From an uncultured Alphaproteobacteria bacterium (GTDB lineage: Bacteria > Pseudomonadota > Alphaproteobacteria > Rs-D84): 64,000 bases of DNA. Both the position numbers and the translations under genes were made by a program. Location: the NCBI GenBank assembly GCA_944389495.1, contig CALXMN010000002.1, forward strand, positions 18,775 through 82,774, given 5' to 3'. The notes below the pieces were generated by a model. It did not search any database. It saw nothing but the letters and a program-made list of their open reading frames with translations, and had not been told where the DNA came from. This document shows, in pieces, positions 38,828 to 47,566 of the stretch; position 1 is the first letter of the stretch; the number at the start of each line of letters is the position of its first letter.

Positions 38828-40397
38828 AGGTTTATCACCGGAATTAATTGCACGCGTGTTGGGTGGTGCGCCAAAATATACACTGGATGAGTTAGAGGTA
38901 AAATATCCACCACGTAATTTGCCAGATGGTGCGTTTGTAACCCGATTCGCCCCCAGCCCAACGGGGTATATGCATTTGGGTGGCCTGTACCAGGCATTGA
39001 TTGATAATAAATTGGCATATGATACCGGTGGCGTTTTTATGTTACGTATAGAGGATACGGACACCAAGCGCGAGGTTGCAGATGCCGTTAAAATCATAGA
39101 AGATTCTATGCATAAATTTGGCCTGAAATATGATGATGTACCCGAATATGGGCCATATTATCAATCGCAACGGCGTGATGTTTATCACAGTGTGGCGGCA
39201 GATTTGTTGGCGCGTGGTTTGGCGTATCCGTGCTTTTTAACCGCGGATGAGATGGAACGCATTCGTGAAAATCAAAAGGCCGCGGGATTTGCAACCGGCA
39301 TTTATGGTGAATTTGCACGCGACCGCGATATAACCGATGATGAAATTGTTCGTCGTTTGGATGCCGGCGAAACACCATCTGTTCGTTTGTATTCAACCGG
39401 CAATCCCCAGCAACGAATTTTCTGTAAAGATGCCGTGCGGGGTTCAATTGGATTCCCGGAAAATAACGAAGATATTGTTTTAATTAAATCAAATGATGGT
39501 TTGCCAACATATCATTTTGCACATCTGTGTGATGATCACTTTATGCGCACAACGCACGTTGTGCGTGGCGAAGAATGGTTGCCGTCGTTCCCGTTGCATA
39601 TCCAATTGTTTCGGATGATGGAATGGACGCCGCCGGTATATATTCATACATCAACAATTGATAAAATTGATGCGGATACAGGCAAACAACGTAAATTGTC
39701 CAAGCGTCACGATCCCGAGGCAAATGTTGCATTTTTCTTGGCCGATGGTTGGCCGGTCGAATCGGTCTTGGAATATCTGGGGAATATTGCGGCATCTGGA
39801 TATGAAGAGGCCAAATCCAAGGGACAGGTTAAAAATATTTGGGAATATCCATTGAAACCAAAAAAAATACCCATTTCTGGCGCGTTGTTTGATATGCGTA
39901 AACTTGAATGGTGGGCGCGCGAATTTATTGGAACATTGCCGGTTGATGAACTGGTGCGGCGTGTGACAACGTGGGCGGATGAATATGATTTACAGTGGGC
40001 CGCCAGAATCGCAAATGCCCCAGAATATTTGAAAAATATTTTGGCCATTGAACGCGATAACCCAAAACGTATTCGCAAGGATTTTATTACCTGGAAACAA
40101 ACTTTGGAAGAGGTGGCTTATTTCTGGGATGACTTGTTTGCGCCAAATGCAGAATATGTGTTTAATCGCGATTTGTTGGGTGCTTTTTTAGAGAGTTTTG
40201 ACATTTGTGACGATAAAGACACTTGGTGGAATAAAATTGTTGCGATTGCCACAGATGCGGGGGTAAAAAATGGTGATGTGGCAATGAATCTGCGGGTGGC
40301 GGTGACGGGGCGTACGAATACGCCCGATTTGTATTCTGTTATGCAGGTTATGGGCGAGGCGCGTGTTAAATCGCGGGTGGGGGATTTATTAAAATGA
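38820..40397 (+). CDS. gltX: Glutamyl-tRNA synthetase
   Basis: Class I HIGH-type motif (PSPTGYMHLGG) and the KMSKS-type motif (KLSKRH). Confidence 0.85.
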   Translation: MRKGLSPELIARVLGGAPKYTLDELEVKYPPRNLPDGAFVTRFAPSPTGYMHLGGLYQALIDNKLAYDTGGVFMLRIEDTDTKREVADAVKIIEDSMHKFGLKYDDVPEYGPYYQSQRRDVYHSVAADLLARGLAYPCFLTADEMERIRENQKAAGFATGIYGEFARDRDITDDEIVRRLDAGETPSVRLYSTGNPQQRIFCKDAVRGSIGFPENNEDIVLIKSNDGLPTYHFAHLCDDHFMRTTHVVRGEEWLPSFPLHIQLFRMMEWTPPVYIHTSTIDKIDADTGKQRKLSKRHDPEANVAFFLADGWPVESVLEYLGNIAASGYEEAKSKGQVKNIWEYPLKPKKIPISGALFDMRKLEWWAREFIGTLPVDELVRRVTTWADEYDLQWAARIANAPEYLKNILAIERDNPKRIRKDFITWKQTLEEVAYFWDDLFAPNAEYVFNRDLLGAFLESFDICDDKDTWWNKIVAIATDAGVKNGDVAMNLRVAVTGRTNTPDLYSVMQVMGEARVKSRVGDLLK

Positions 40398-41140
40398 CCA
40401 AAACAAAACAGATGGTACGACGTCAATTGAAAGATGTTAAATCTGATTCGCGTGCGAATCGGTTGTTGCGTTTTTTGCGCGCAATGGGCCTGTTCCGGTG
40501 GGAACGTGTCAGTACCAAGTCAGAAGAGGTTTTAAATATTTTAACACACGGAATTGGAATTGGACTGGCTATTGCGGGGTTAACATTGTTGGTTGTGTTT
40601 GCCGCATTGGCGCATAATCCGTGGGCGGTTGTGTCGTGTGCCATATTTGGTGTGACGATGATAACGCTGTATTTTGGATCCACAATGTGTCACGCAACAA
40701 TTGGTCGGCGTGGTGAATGTTTTTTTGAAGTGTGGGACAGTGTTGCCATTTATGCGTTGATCGCAGGTACATATACGCCGTTTTTATTGGTAAATTTACG
40801 CGGTGCATTGGGGTGGAGTGTGTTCGGTATATTGTGGGCCATTGTGATATTTGGGGCCATCGTTAAAATGCACAATCCGCATAACCAGCCAAAGTGGGTT
40901 GTTGGACTGTATTTGCTGATGGGATGGACGTTGCTGTTTATATTGCCGGCAATGTTGCATAATATACCGCCACGCGGTTTATGGTTTATTTTGGCGGGTG
41001 GATTGTCGTATTCGTTGGGGGTAATTTTTTACTTGTGGCGACGAATGAAGTATTCGCACGCAATTTGGCATTTGTTTGTAATCGGGGGCAGTGTGTGTTT
41101 CTTTTTTGCGGTGCTGTTTGGGTGTATAATTGATTTTTAA
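40394..41140 (+). CDS. Hemolysin-III/PAQR-family membrane protein
   Basis: Seven TMs and conserved His positions (HGIG...; HATIG; HAIWH). Its ATGA start overlaps gltX. Confidence 0.8.
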   Translation: MTKTKQMVRRQLKDVKSDSRANRLLRFLRAMGLFRWERVSTKSEEVLNILTHGIGIGLAIAGLTLLVVFAALAHNPWAVVSCAIFGVTMITLYFGSTMCHATIGRRGECFFEVWDSVAIYALIAGTYTPFLLVNLRGALGWSVFGILWAIVIFGAIVKMHNPHNQPKWVVGLYLLMGWTLLFILPAMLHNIPPRGLWFILAGGLSYSLGVIFYLWRRMKYSHAIWHLFVIGGSVCFFFAVLFGCIIDF

Positions 41141-41144
41141 TGCG

Positions 41145-41173
41145 TTGACATTTTGTAAAATTGGTACTATTAT
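41145..41173 (+). promoter_or_regulatory. Consensus-like sigma70 promoter, TTGACA-N17-TATTAT, upstream of thrS
   Basis: TTGACA at 41145-41150, a 17-nt spacer and TATTAT at 41168-41173. A leader of about 155 nt contains the GC palindrome CTACAACCCCCGCGGGGGTGTAG (about 41216-41240). Confidence 0.6.
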
Positions 41174-41328
41174 TTATTTCGTTATGAAAAAATATTGTGT
41201 TTTCTTTATTACAACAACTACAACCCCCGCGGGGGTGTAGATTCTGTTTGCGGTTTTATCCGCGTAATGCAATAATTCACATAAACAATTCAATCATTAC
41301 TTTTTTATAACAATAAGGATTTTTTATT

Positions 41329-43062
41329 ATGTCATATCCAATCGAAACGATTCGTCATTCTTTGGCACACGTAATGGCGGCGGCGGTACAAAAATTGTAT
41401 CCGGATGTTAAGTTCGCAGGTGGGCCGGCAATCGAAAATGGTTTTTATTATGACTTTGATACTGAACACAGATTTTCCGAAGATGATTTTGCAAAAATCG
41501 AAAAGGAAATGCGCGAATTAATTAAATCAAATGGACGCTTTGAACAACGTGATGTATCGTTGGACGAGGCCAAGCAAATATTCGCAAACCAGCCATATAA
41601 AATGGAATGGTTAAATGAATACGATGCCGCGGGTGAACAATTGTCCATCTATACATTTCGTGATTTTGTTGACCTGTGTCGTGGACCACACGTGGAATCA
41701 TCCAAAGATTTGCCACGCGATGCGTTTAAAATTCGCAATGTCGCCGGTGCATATTGGAAAGGTGACGCAAAAAATAAAATGCTGCAACGTATTTATGTTG
41801 ATGCCTTTGCCAGCAAAGAAGAATTGGACGCGTTTTTGAAAATGCAGGAAGAGGCCGCCGCACGCGATAATCGGAAATTAGGTAAAGATATGGATTTGTT
41901 CCATTTTGAACCGGATTATGCACCGGGGGCGGTATTTTGGCACGACAAGGGATATAAAATTTATCGTAAATTAATCGAATATATTCGTCATCGTCAGGAA
42001 CGTGCCGGTTATCAAGAAATTTCAACGCCGGCCGTTATGGATCGGTCGCTGTGGGAACGCAGTGGGCATTGGGCCAAGTATGGTGAACATAATTATTCTG
42101 GGAAAACCCAAGATGGTAAAACGTTCTGTGTAAAACCTATGTCGTGTCCGGGGGGGATGTTGGTATTCGGACAGGGAATTAAATCATATAAAGATTTGCC
42201 AATGTATTTGGCCGAATTTGGCAAGGTTAATCGGTACGAGGCCGCGGGCGGTTTGTCGGGCCTGATGCGGGTGCGCGAATTTACCCAAGATGATGCGCAT
42301 ATTTTCTGTACCGAAGAACAGTTAGAAGAAGAGGTTGTAAAAATCCTGCGTTTTATCAAGGATATTTATGCTAAATTCGGGTTTGATAAAATTTCTATGA
42401 AATTGGCAACGCGTAAAGAATCGGAATTTCGTATCGGTTCAGATGAAATTTGGGACAAGGCCGAAGGTGCATTAAAGCACGCACTGGATGCAAATGGTAT
42501 TGAATACGAAATTGCACCGGGGGATGCCGCGTTTTATGGACCGAAAATTGATAACTATCTGAAAGATGCGTTGGGACGTACGTGGCAGTGTGGTACCGTG
42601 CAACTGGATATGAATCTGCCGGAACGTTTTGATTTGTCATATATAGGCGAAGATGGTGAAAAGCATCGCCCAATTATGTTGCATCGTGCAATGTTGGGGT
42701 CAATTGAACGCTTTATGGGCATTTTGTTGGAATCAACCGGGGGGAATCTGCCGCTGTGGCTGAGTCCAGAGCCGGTGGTTGTAACCCCGATTTCAGAAAA
42801 ATTCCGTGATTATGCCATCCAGGTGGCAGATGCTTTGCGTGATGCGGGCGTCTATGCGCGGGCCGATTTGCGTGATGAAAAGGTAAATTATAAAATTCGT
42901 GAATTGTCATTGGCAAAGACGCCTATTATTGCCGTCGTCGGTGAAAAGGAAATGGAAAATAAAACCGTGACTTTGCGGCGACTGGGGCTGGAAAAACAGG
43001 AGAATTTGCCACTGGACGAATTTGTTTCGCAAATGCGTGATGCGGTTAAATTACCGGCATAG
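41329..43062 (+). CDS. thrS: Threonyl-tRNA synthetase (lacks the N-terminal TGS domain)
   Basis: It starts at the editing-domain motif IRHSLAHVMAAAV...GFYYDFD and carries the ThrRS signature ARDNRKLGKDMDLFHF and class II motifs. At 577 aa it is shorter than the usual ThrRS of about 640 aa. Confidence 0.9.
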   Translation: MSYPIETIRHSLAHVMAAAVQKLYPDVKFAGGPAIENGFYYDFDTEHRFSEDDFAKIEKEMRELIKSNGRFEQRDVSLDEAKQIFANQPYKMEWLNEYDAAGEQLSIYTFRDFVDLCRGPHVESSKDLPRDAFKIRNVAGAYWKGDAKNKMLQRIYVDAFASKEELDAFLKMQEEAAARDNRKLGKDMDLFHFEPDYAPGAVFWHDKGYKIYRKLIEYIRHRQERAGYQEISTPAVMDRSLWERSGHWAKYGEHNYSGKTQDGKTFCVKPMSCPGGMLVFGQGIKSYKDLPMYLAEFGKVNRYEAAGGLSGLMRVREFTQDDAHIFCTEEQLEEEVVKILRFIKDIYAKFGFDKISMKLATRKESEFRIGSDEIWDKAEGALKHALDANGIEYEIAPGDAAFYGPKIDNYLKDALGRTWQCGTVQLDMNLPERFDLSYIGEDGEKHRPIMLHRAMLGSIERFMGILLESTGGNLPLWLSPEPVVVTPISEKFRDYAIQVADALRDAGVYARADLRDEKVNYKIRELSLAKTPIIAVVGEKEMENKTVTLRRLGLEKQENLPLDEFVSQMRDAVKLPA

Positions 43063-43130
43063 GATGTAAAAAAATATGGCGCGGCGTGTCCGCGCCATTA
43101 TAATATTATGTGTAATCAAAGGAAGGTGTA

Positions 43131-43274
43131 ATGAAAAAAGTAATATTATTATTGGCAATTGTTGTCGCGCCAATGGTGTTGGCGGGGTGTGCTTCTTCGT
43201 GCGAAACAGAACCAATTGTGGAAGAAAACCATAAATTAATTGTGCCGCCAAATTTTGGTCAAATGCCACAGTAA
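43131..43274 (+). CDS. Small lipoprotein (47 aa), below the ORF-track cutoff
   Basis: An AAGGAAGG SD and the ATG at 43131 give MKKVILLLAIVVAPMVLAGCASS..., which is a lipobox (LAGC). Confidence 0.4.
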   Translation: MKKVILLLAIVVAPMVLAGCASSCETEPIVEENHKLIVPPNFGQMPQ

Positions 43275-43348
43275 TTTGTATTACATAATCTTTGGAAAAT
43301 ACGCTTTTTTATGGTATAATATGTCCAAAGAACTATGGGGGAATCCTG

Positions 43349-44203
43349 ATGAATAATGATGATAATTTGGATTTATTGGATTTAAATGATGACGCAGATT
43401 CTACAGATGCGTTACCGGATGCCGCGCCATTTGCGGCGCCACGTGCCAAAAAACCGTGGTTGTTGATCGCGGTTGGGGTGCTGATAATCATATTGGCAAC
43501 GTATGTCATTATTCGTATTGTTGGCGATGATTCGGGTTCTTCGATGGAGGTTGATTTAGATGCACCGGCCGTAATTGTTGATGGTGGTGATCCAAATGCG
43601 CCATTGATTGTGCCGGCACCGGGGCCACAGCCCGCGGGGGCCACCGCTAATGTTGCGGCGCCACAGCCGGTTGCACCGGGGGTACAGCCCGCACCACAGC
43701 CCGTCGTACAACCCGCGCCGGTACCGCCACAGCCCGCTGTGCAAAATACAACGCCGGGGGTTCCCGTTCGTGTAATAGAAGATAGAAAAGATGTAACATT
43801 TGATCCAGATAAGGCCCAGGCCGCGGTAAAACCTGCGCCCGCACCGGCGGCGACAAAGCCAGCCACGAAACCCGCAGCAAAACCGGCCCCAAAGCCCACC
43901 GCCCAGCCTGCGCGTCGTGCAACCCAACAGGCCCAGCGTGCCCAGACCGCACCGCGCACATTTGCCTGGTATGCACAGATTGGATCATACAGTACACGTG
44001 CCTTGGCCGAGAGTGGACAACGGCAACTGCGTGCGGCACATCAAAATTTATTTAATGGGCATCAGTTTGTAATCTTGGCGGCGGTGTTGCCAAATGGAAA
44101 TACTGCGTACAGATTGCGTGTCGGATTTAATGCGGCGGCGGATGCAAATAATTTTTGTCGTAATGCCAAGGCCGATGGTCTGGAATGCTATGTCACCAAA
44201 TAA
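43349..44203 (+). CDS. SPOR-domain (peptidoglycan-binding) membrane protein with Pro/Ala-rich linker
   Basis: N-terminal TM, a PAPxP-rich low-complexity linker and a C-terminal SPOR domain (FAWYAQIGSYSTRALAESGQRQLRAAH...YRLRVGF). The ATG at 43349 follows a GGGGGA SD. Confidence 0.7.
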   Translation: MNNDDNLDLLDLNDDADSTDALPDAAPFAAPRAKKPWLLIAVGVLIIILATYVIIRIVGDDSGSSMEVDLDAPAVIVDGGDPNAPLIVPAPGPQPAGATANVAAPQPVAPGVQPAPQPVVQPAPVPPQPAVQNTTPGVPVRVIEDRKDVTFDPDKAQAAVKPAPAPAATKPATKPAAKPAPKPTAQPARRATQQAQRAQTAPRTFAWYAQIGSYSTRALAESGQRQLRAAHQNLFNGHQFVILAAVLPNGNTAYRLRVGFNAAADANNFCRNAKADGLECYVTK

Positions 44204-44222
44204 TGGAATAGGGGTATAGATT

Positions 44223-44492
44223 ATGTTTGGACGTTTTGGATGGGCCGAAATACTGGTTATTGTTGTGCTGGTGCTGATATTGTTCGGATCCAGTAAAATA
44301 CCAGGTATGATGAAAAATTTGGCCGATGGGATAAATACGTTTAAAAAAGAAATAAAAAACAAACCTGTAAAAAATGTTTCAGAAACGGGTGGGACGGTAA
44401 AAAAATCGGCAAAAAAGCCGGTAAATGCCGGCAAGGTTGCAACAACACGACCGGTGGCGAAAAAGAACGCGGGTCGTGGCGCAAAAAAATAA
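44223..44492 (+). CDS. tatA: Twin-arginine translocase subunit TatA/E
   Basis: MFGRFGWAEILVIVVLVLILFGSSKIPG is the TatA TM helix plus hinge, followed by an amphipathic helix and a basic tail. Confidence 0.85.
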   Translation: MFGRFGWAEILVIVVLVLILFGSSKIPGMMKNLADGINTFKKEIKNKPVKNVSETGGTVKKSAKKPVNAGKVATTRPVAKKNAGRGAKK

Positions 44493-44510
44493 TTGATGTT
44501 TCGTAAAAAA

Positions 44511-44576
44511 TGGGGGCCGGGTTTTCCCGGCCTTTTTTATTTTTTATAAAAAATCCCCATCTTTATGATGGGGCGG
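44511..44576. terminator. Pair of hairpins forming convergent terminators for tatA on the plus strand and dksA on the minus strand
   Basis: GGCCGGGTTTTCCCGGCC plus a T-tract at 44515-44540, and AAAATCCCCATCTTTATGATGGGGCGGATTT at about 44548-44576. Confidence 0.7.
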
Positions 44577-44578
44577 AT

Positions 44579-45007
44579 TTATTTGCGTTTTTCGTATTCT
44601 TCCTGTTCGTCGACCGTCATAGTCGCCAAGGGACGGGCCAACATACGTGACAGACCGATTTCTTCACCAGAAACAACACTGTATCCGTATGTGCCGTTTT
44701 CAATGCGTTCCAATGCGGCGTTTATTTTTTTCAACAGGTTATTATCACGTTCAGACATTCGCAAATTCATTGTGATTTCTTGTTCAAATGTCGCATTGTC
44801 CGATTCGTCACCAACACCGGCATTATCCGATTTTTCAGCAATACGAACCGCATTCAATGTCGAATCAGCATCGTGTAATAATTCTTCTTTTTGGGCAGTT
44901 AATAATTGATAGAAATATGCCAATTGCTGTGGGCACATATATGGCTCAGACTTTTTGGGGGTATATTTTGGTGGCAATTCCAGTGTTTTATAGTTTTGTG
45001 CTGACAT
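44579..45007 (-). CDS. dksA: DksA/TraR-family RNA polymerase-binding transcription factor (no C4 zinc finger)
   Basis: A coiled-coil region containing the conserved acidic tip (DESDNATFE) is present. Where E. coli DksA has CxxC...CxxC, this protein has no Cys pairs. Confidence 0.7.
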   Translation of the reverse strand: MSAQNYKTLELPPKYTPKKSEPYMCPQQLAYFYQLLTAQKEELLHDADSTLNAVRIAEKSDNAGVGDESDNATFEQEITMNLRMSERDNNLLKKINAALERIENGTYGYSVVSGEEIGLSRMLARPLATMTVDEQEEYEKRK

Positions 45008-45008
45008 T

Positions 45009-45329
45009 TTAGGATCCTTTTAGTTCACGTATCCAATCCATAAGGGTTTCTTCATCCATAAGGCCGGTTCGTGCCTCGACCAGGTCGTTGCCACGAAATG
45101 CCAATACGCTGGGGATGCTGCGAATGCCGTATTTAGCCGGCGTTCTGCGGTTTGATTCGTCAATTTCAAATTTTAAGAATTTTACATCTGGTACTTTATC
45201 TGATACAGATTCAAAGATGGGCCCAAACATACGACACGGACCACACCAAGGTGCCCAGAAATCAACCAATGTTATCCCAGAACCCATTAACGATTCAAGT
45301 GTTGCATCTGTTGCGTGTTCTAATGCCAT
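45009..45329 (-). CDS. trxA: Thioredoxin
   Basis: WCGPC active site, 106 aa. Confidence 0.9.
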   Translation of the reverse strand: MALEHATDATLESLMGSGITLVDFWAPWCGPCRMFGPIFESVSDKVPDVKFLKFEIDESNRRTPAKYGIRSIPSVLAFRGNDLVEARTGLMDEETLMDWIRELKGS

Positions 45330-45346
45330 CTTTTGCTCCTTCCTTG

Positions 45347-45374
45347 TTGATATTTTTCACGAGTGTATTATAAT
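45347..45374 (+). promoter_or_regulatory. Putative sigma70 promoter (TTGATA-N16-TATAAT) for the cysteine desulfurase operon
   Basis: TTGATA at 45347-45352 and TATAAT at 45369-45374, 28 nt upstream of the ATG at 45403. Confidence 0.45.
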
Positions 45375-45402
45375 CGCCACAAAATGCAAGAGAAATCATA
45401 AA

Positions 45403-46548
45403 ATGAATAAAATCATATACTTAGATGCCGCCGCCAGTGCACTGAAACCCGAATCTGTTATTCGGGCGGAAATGGACTTTTTGCGCGAATCGTATGCAAA
45501 TGCAGGACGTGGAATTTGTGCACGCGCCAGTAATGTAGACGATATGATTGCAAATGCGCGTGCGTGCGTGGCGCAGTTTATAAATGCAAGACCAGAACAG
45601 ATTGTTTTTACGTCTGGTACAACAGATGGTATGAACAGAATTGTACATATAATAAGTGATCGTGTGTGCGATGCGGGGATAAAAAATAAAACTGTGATGG
45701 TGTCTGATTTGGATCATCACAGTGCGCGCCTGCCATTTGAATTGTTATATGATTCTGATTTGTGCAAAATTGTTTTGTGTCCAATGGATGAAAAATACAA
45801 TTTGGTGTGTCCAGATTTACCACGCGCGGACGTTTTTGTTATAACCGCGATGTCAAATGTTATGGGAATGCCCCAAGATGTTGCCGGATTGGTTGACGCG
45901 GCCCGTAAAAAAAATCCAGATGTTATAACTGTTGTTGATGCCGCGCAATATGTTGTGCATAACAAAATTGATGTTCAAAAATGGAATTGTGATTTTATGT
46001 GTTTTTCGGCGCATAAAATAGGGGCCGATACGGGTTTGGGAATTATGTATATAAAAAATCCTGAACGATGGATAAGTCCTGATAAATTTGGTGGCGGAAT
46101 GATTTCAAAAATAACGGGCAGTGCGGTTGAACATAATGTTACTTTTCAATGGGAAAATGCGCCGGCCAAATTTGAAGCGGGTACGTTGCCTTTAACGCAA
46201 ATTATTGGGATGCCGGCGGCCATAGATTATTTATCTGCGAATCGGCCCAATCTGGATTTAATAAAATATTTATATGACAGATTGTCTGAAAATCCGCGGA
46301 TAAAAATTATTACGCCACGTGATTCGACATTGTTTACTTTTTATGTGCCAGATATGCATATATTGGATTTTGGGGCCTATGTGGGCGCGCGTGGCGTGTG
46401 TTTGCGTGTCGGTAATATGTGTGCCAGTTGGATTCATAAGCGGTTGGGGGTGGTCGGTACTGCGCGTATTTCGGTTGGGGCGTGGAACACATTTGATGAC
46501 GTTGTGTGTGCCGCAGATATAATAGAAGATGTGGTAAAAAAATTATGA
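45403..46548 (+). CDS. Class V aminotransferase, cysteine desulfurase (SufS/CsdA-like)
   Basis: MNKIIYLDAAASALKP and a PLP-lysine region (FSAHKIGADTGLG). The track ORF begins at 45088, but that extension is antisense to trxA. Confidence 0.8.
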   Translation: MNKIIYLDAAASALKPESVIRAEMDFLRESYANAGRGICARASNVDDMIANARACVAQFINARPEQIVFTSGTTDGMNRIVHIISDRVCDAGIKNKTVMVSDLDHHSARLPFELLYDSDLCKIVLCPMDEKYNLVCPDLPRADVFVITAMSNVMGMPQDVAGLVDAARKKNPDVITVVDAAQYVVHNKIDVQKWNCDFMCFSAHKIGADTGLGIMYIKNPERWISPDKFGGGMISKITGSAVEHNVTFQWENAPAKFEAGTLPLTQIIGMPAAIDYLSANRPNLDLIKYLYDRLSENPRIKIITPRDSTLFTFYVPDMHILDFGAYVGARGVCLRVGNMCASWIHKRLGVVGTARISVGAWNTFDDVVCAADIIEDVVKKL

Positions 46549-46862
46549 CGGAATTAACACGCGATAATGTTATTGATGTTTTAAGGTCTGTATATGATCC
46601 TGAAATCCCAGTAAATATTTGGGATTTGGGCTTGATATACGATATAGATATTTCAGATGCGGTCGTTACGATAAAAATGACATTTACCAGTCCGACCTGT
46701 CCAATGATGGAGGATTTGTTAACCCAGGTGCACGATGGGGTTGTAAATATTGCAGGTGGTCGTGATGTTAATATTGAACTGGTTTGGGATCCGCCGTGGG
46801 ATTTATCGCGTATGTCGGATGCGGCACGACTGGAACTGGATTTAACCGAGCAGGGATGGTAA
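46545..46862 (+). CDS. DUF59/SufT-like Fe-S assembly protein
   Basis: MTELTRDNVIDVLRSVYDPEIPVNIWDLGLIY...TSPTCP is the MIP18/DUF59 pattern. Its ATGA start overlaps the desulfurase. Confidence 0.6.
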   Translation: MTELTRDNVIDVLRSVYDPEIPVNIWDLGLIYDIDISDAVVTIKMTFTSPTCPMMEDLLTQVHDGVVNIAGGRDVNIELVWDPPWDLSRMSDAARLELDLTEQGW

Positions 46863-46867
46863 TTACA

Positions 46868-47230
46868 ATGTCGTATGATGAAATGAAAAATATTTTATCA
46901 ATGATAACGGATCCAGCCGAGAAATTAGAGGTGGTTATTGATTTTGGGGCACATATGCCAAATGTTCCGGATTCAGCAATATGCAGCGAAATTGTTGGAT
47001 GTGCGTCGCGTGCGGAAATTTGTCGTGATGGGAATCGATTTTATGGACGGGCCGATTCGGCATTGGTGCGTGGTATTGTTGCAATTATTGTCGCGATGGT
47101 TGATGGTAAAACGCCGGCGCAAATAAAAGAAATGGATTTGGCGGGCGAATTTGCGTCTTTGGGTATAAAACTTGGAATGGGACGCTTGGGCGGTGTAAAT
47201 TCTATGATTAGTTTTTTAAAAAAATTGTGA
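46868..47230 (+). CDS. SufE/CsdE-like sulfur acceptor protein
   Basis: About 120 aa with a SufE-like N-terminus (LEVVIDFG...) and a conserved Cys in the GCASRAEIC context. Confidence 0.6.
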   Translation: MSYDEMKNILSMITDPAEKLEVVIDFGAHMPNVPDSAICSEIVGCASRAEICRDGNRFYGRADSALVRGIVAIIVAMVDGKTPAQIKEMDLAGEFASLGIKLGMGRLGGVNSMISFLKKL

Positions 47231-47260
47231 TAATATTACTATGATTAAGCGAGGGCGGAT

Positions 47261-47566
47261 ATGGGCGAGGCGAAAAAAATGTTGCGGATTGGGTTGGTGG
47301 CGGTTTGCCTGGTGTTTATGTTGTCCGCCGTGTTACAGGTTTGTTACCGTACCCAGAATAAAGTTCGAAATCGTGTTCGTTCGCAAATTGTTCAAACACA
47401 ACAAGATATTGCCGCGGCCCAGGCAGATTTTGCATCGTACGTACGTCCGGAAATTTTGCGTAATATGGTAACCGGGGTGTATCCACAGGCCGAAGCAATC
47501 AGTTTTCATAAGTATGTTTCTGTATATGATTTGCCGGTCAGGACGGATGATGGGACACAACAATAA
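47261..47566 (+). CDS. FtsL-like small bitopic division protein (tentative)
   Basis: 101 aa with a single TM (LVAVCLVFMLSAVLQV) and a coiled-coil-like region, sitting immediately upstream of ftsI. A GAGGGCGG SD is present. Confidence 0.4.
   Translation: MGEAKKMLRIGLVAVCLVFMLSAVLQVCYRTQNKVRNRVRSQIVQTQQDIAAAQADFASYVRPEILRNMVTGVYPQAEAISFHKYVSVYDLPVRTDDGTQQ

Noticed and set aside
43333-44039. Gly/Ala/Cys-rich minus-strand ORFs (208, 123 and 130 aa) opposite the SPOR gene
   Set aside because: They are antisense to the Pro/Ala-rich linker (CCN/GCN codons) of the SPOR protein. Low-complexity antisense frames routinely stay open.
45088-45402. 105-codon N-terminal extension of the cysteine desulfurase ORF
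   Set aside because: The extension runs antisense through trxA. A promoter-like TTGATA-N16-TATAAT and the ATG at 45403 match the conserved desulfurase N-terminus (MNKIIYLDAAAS).
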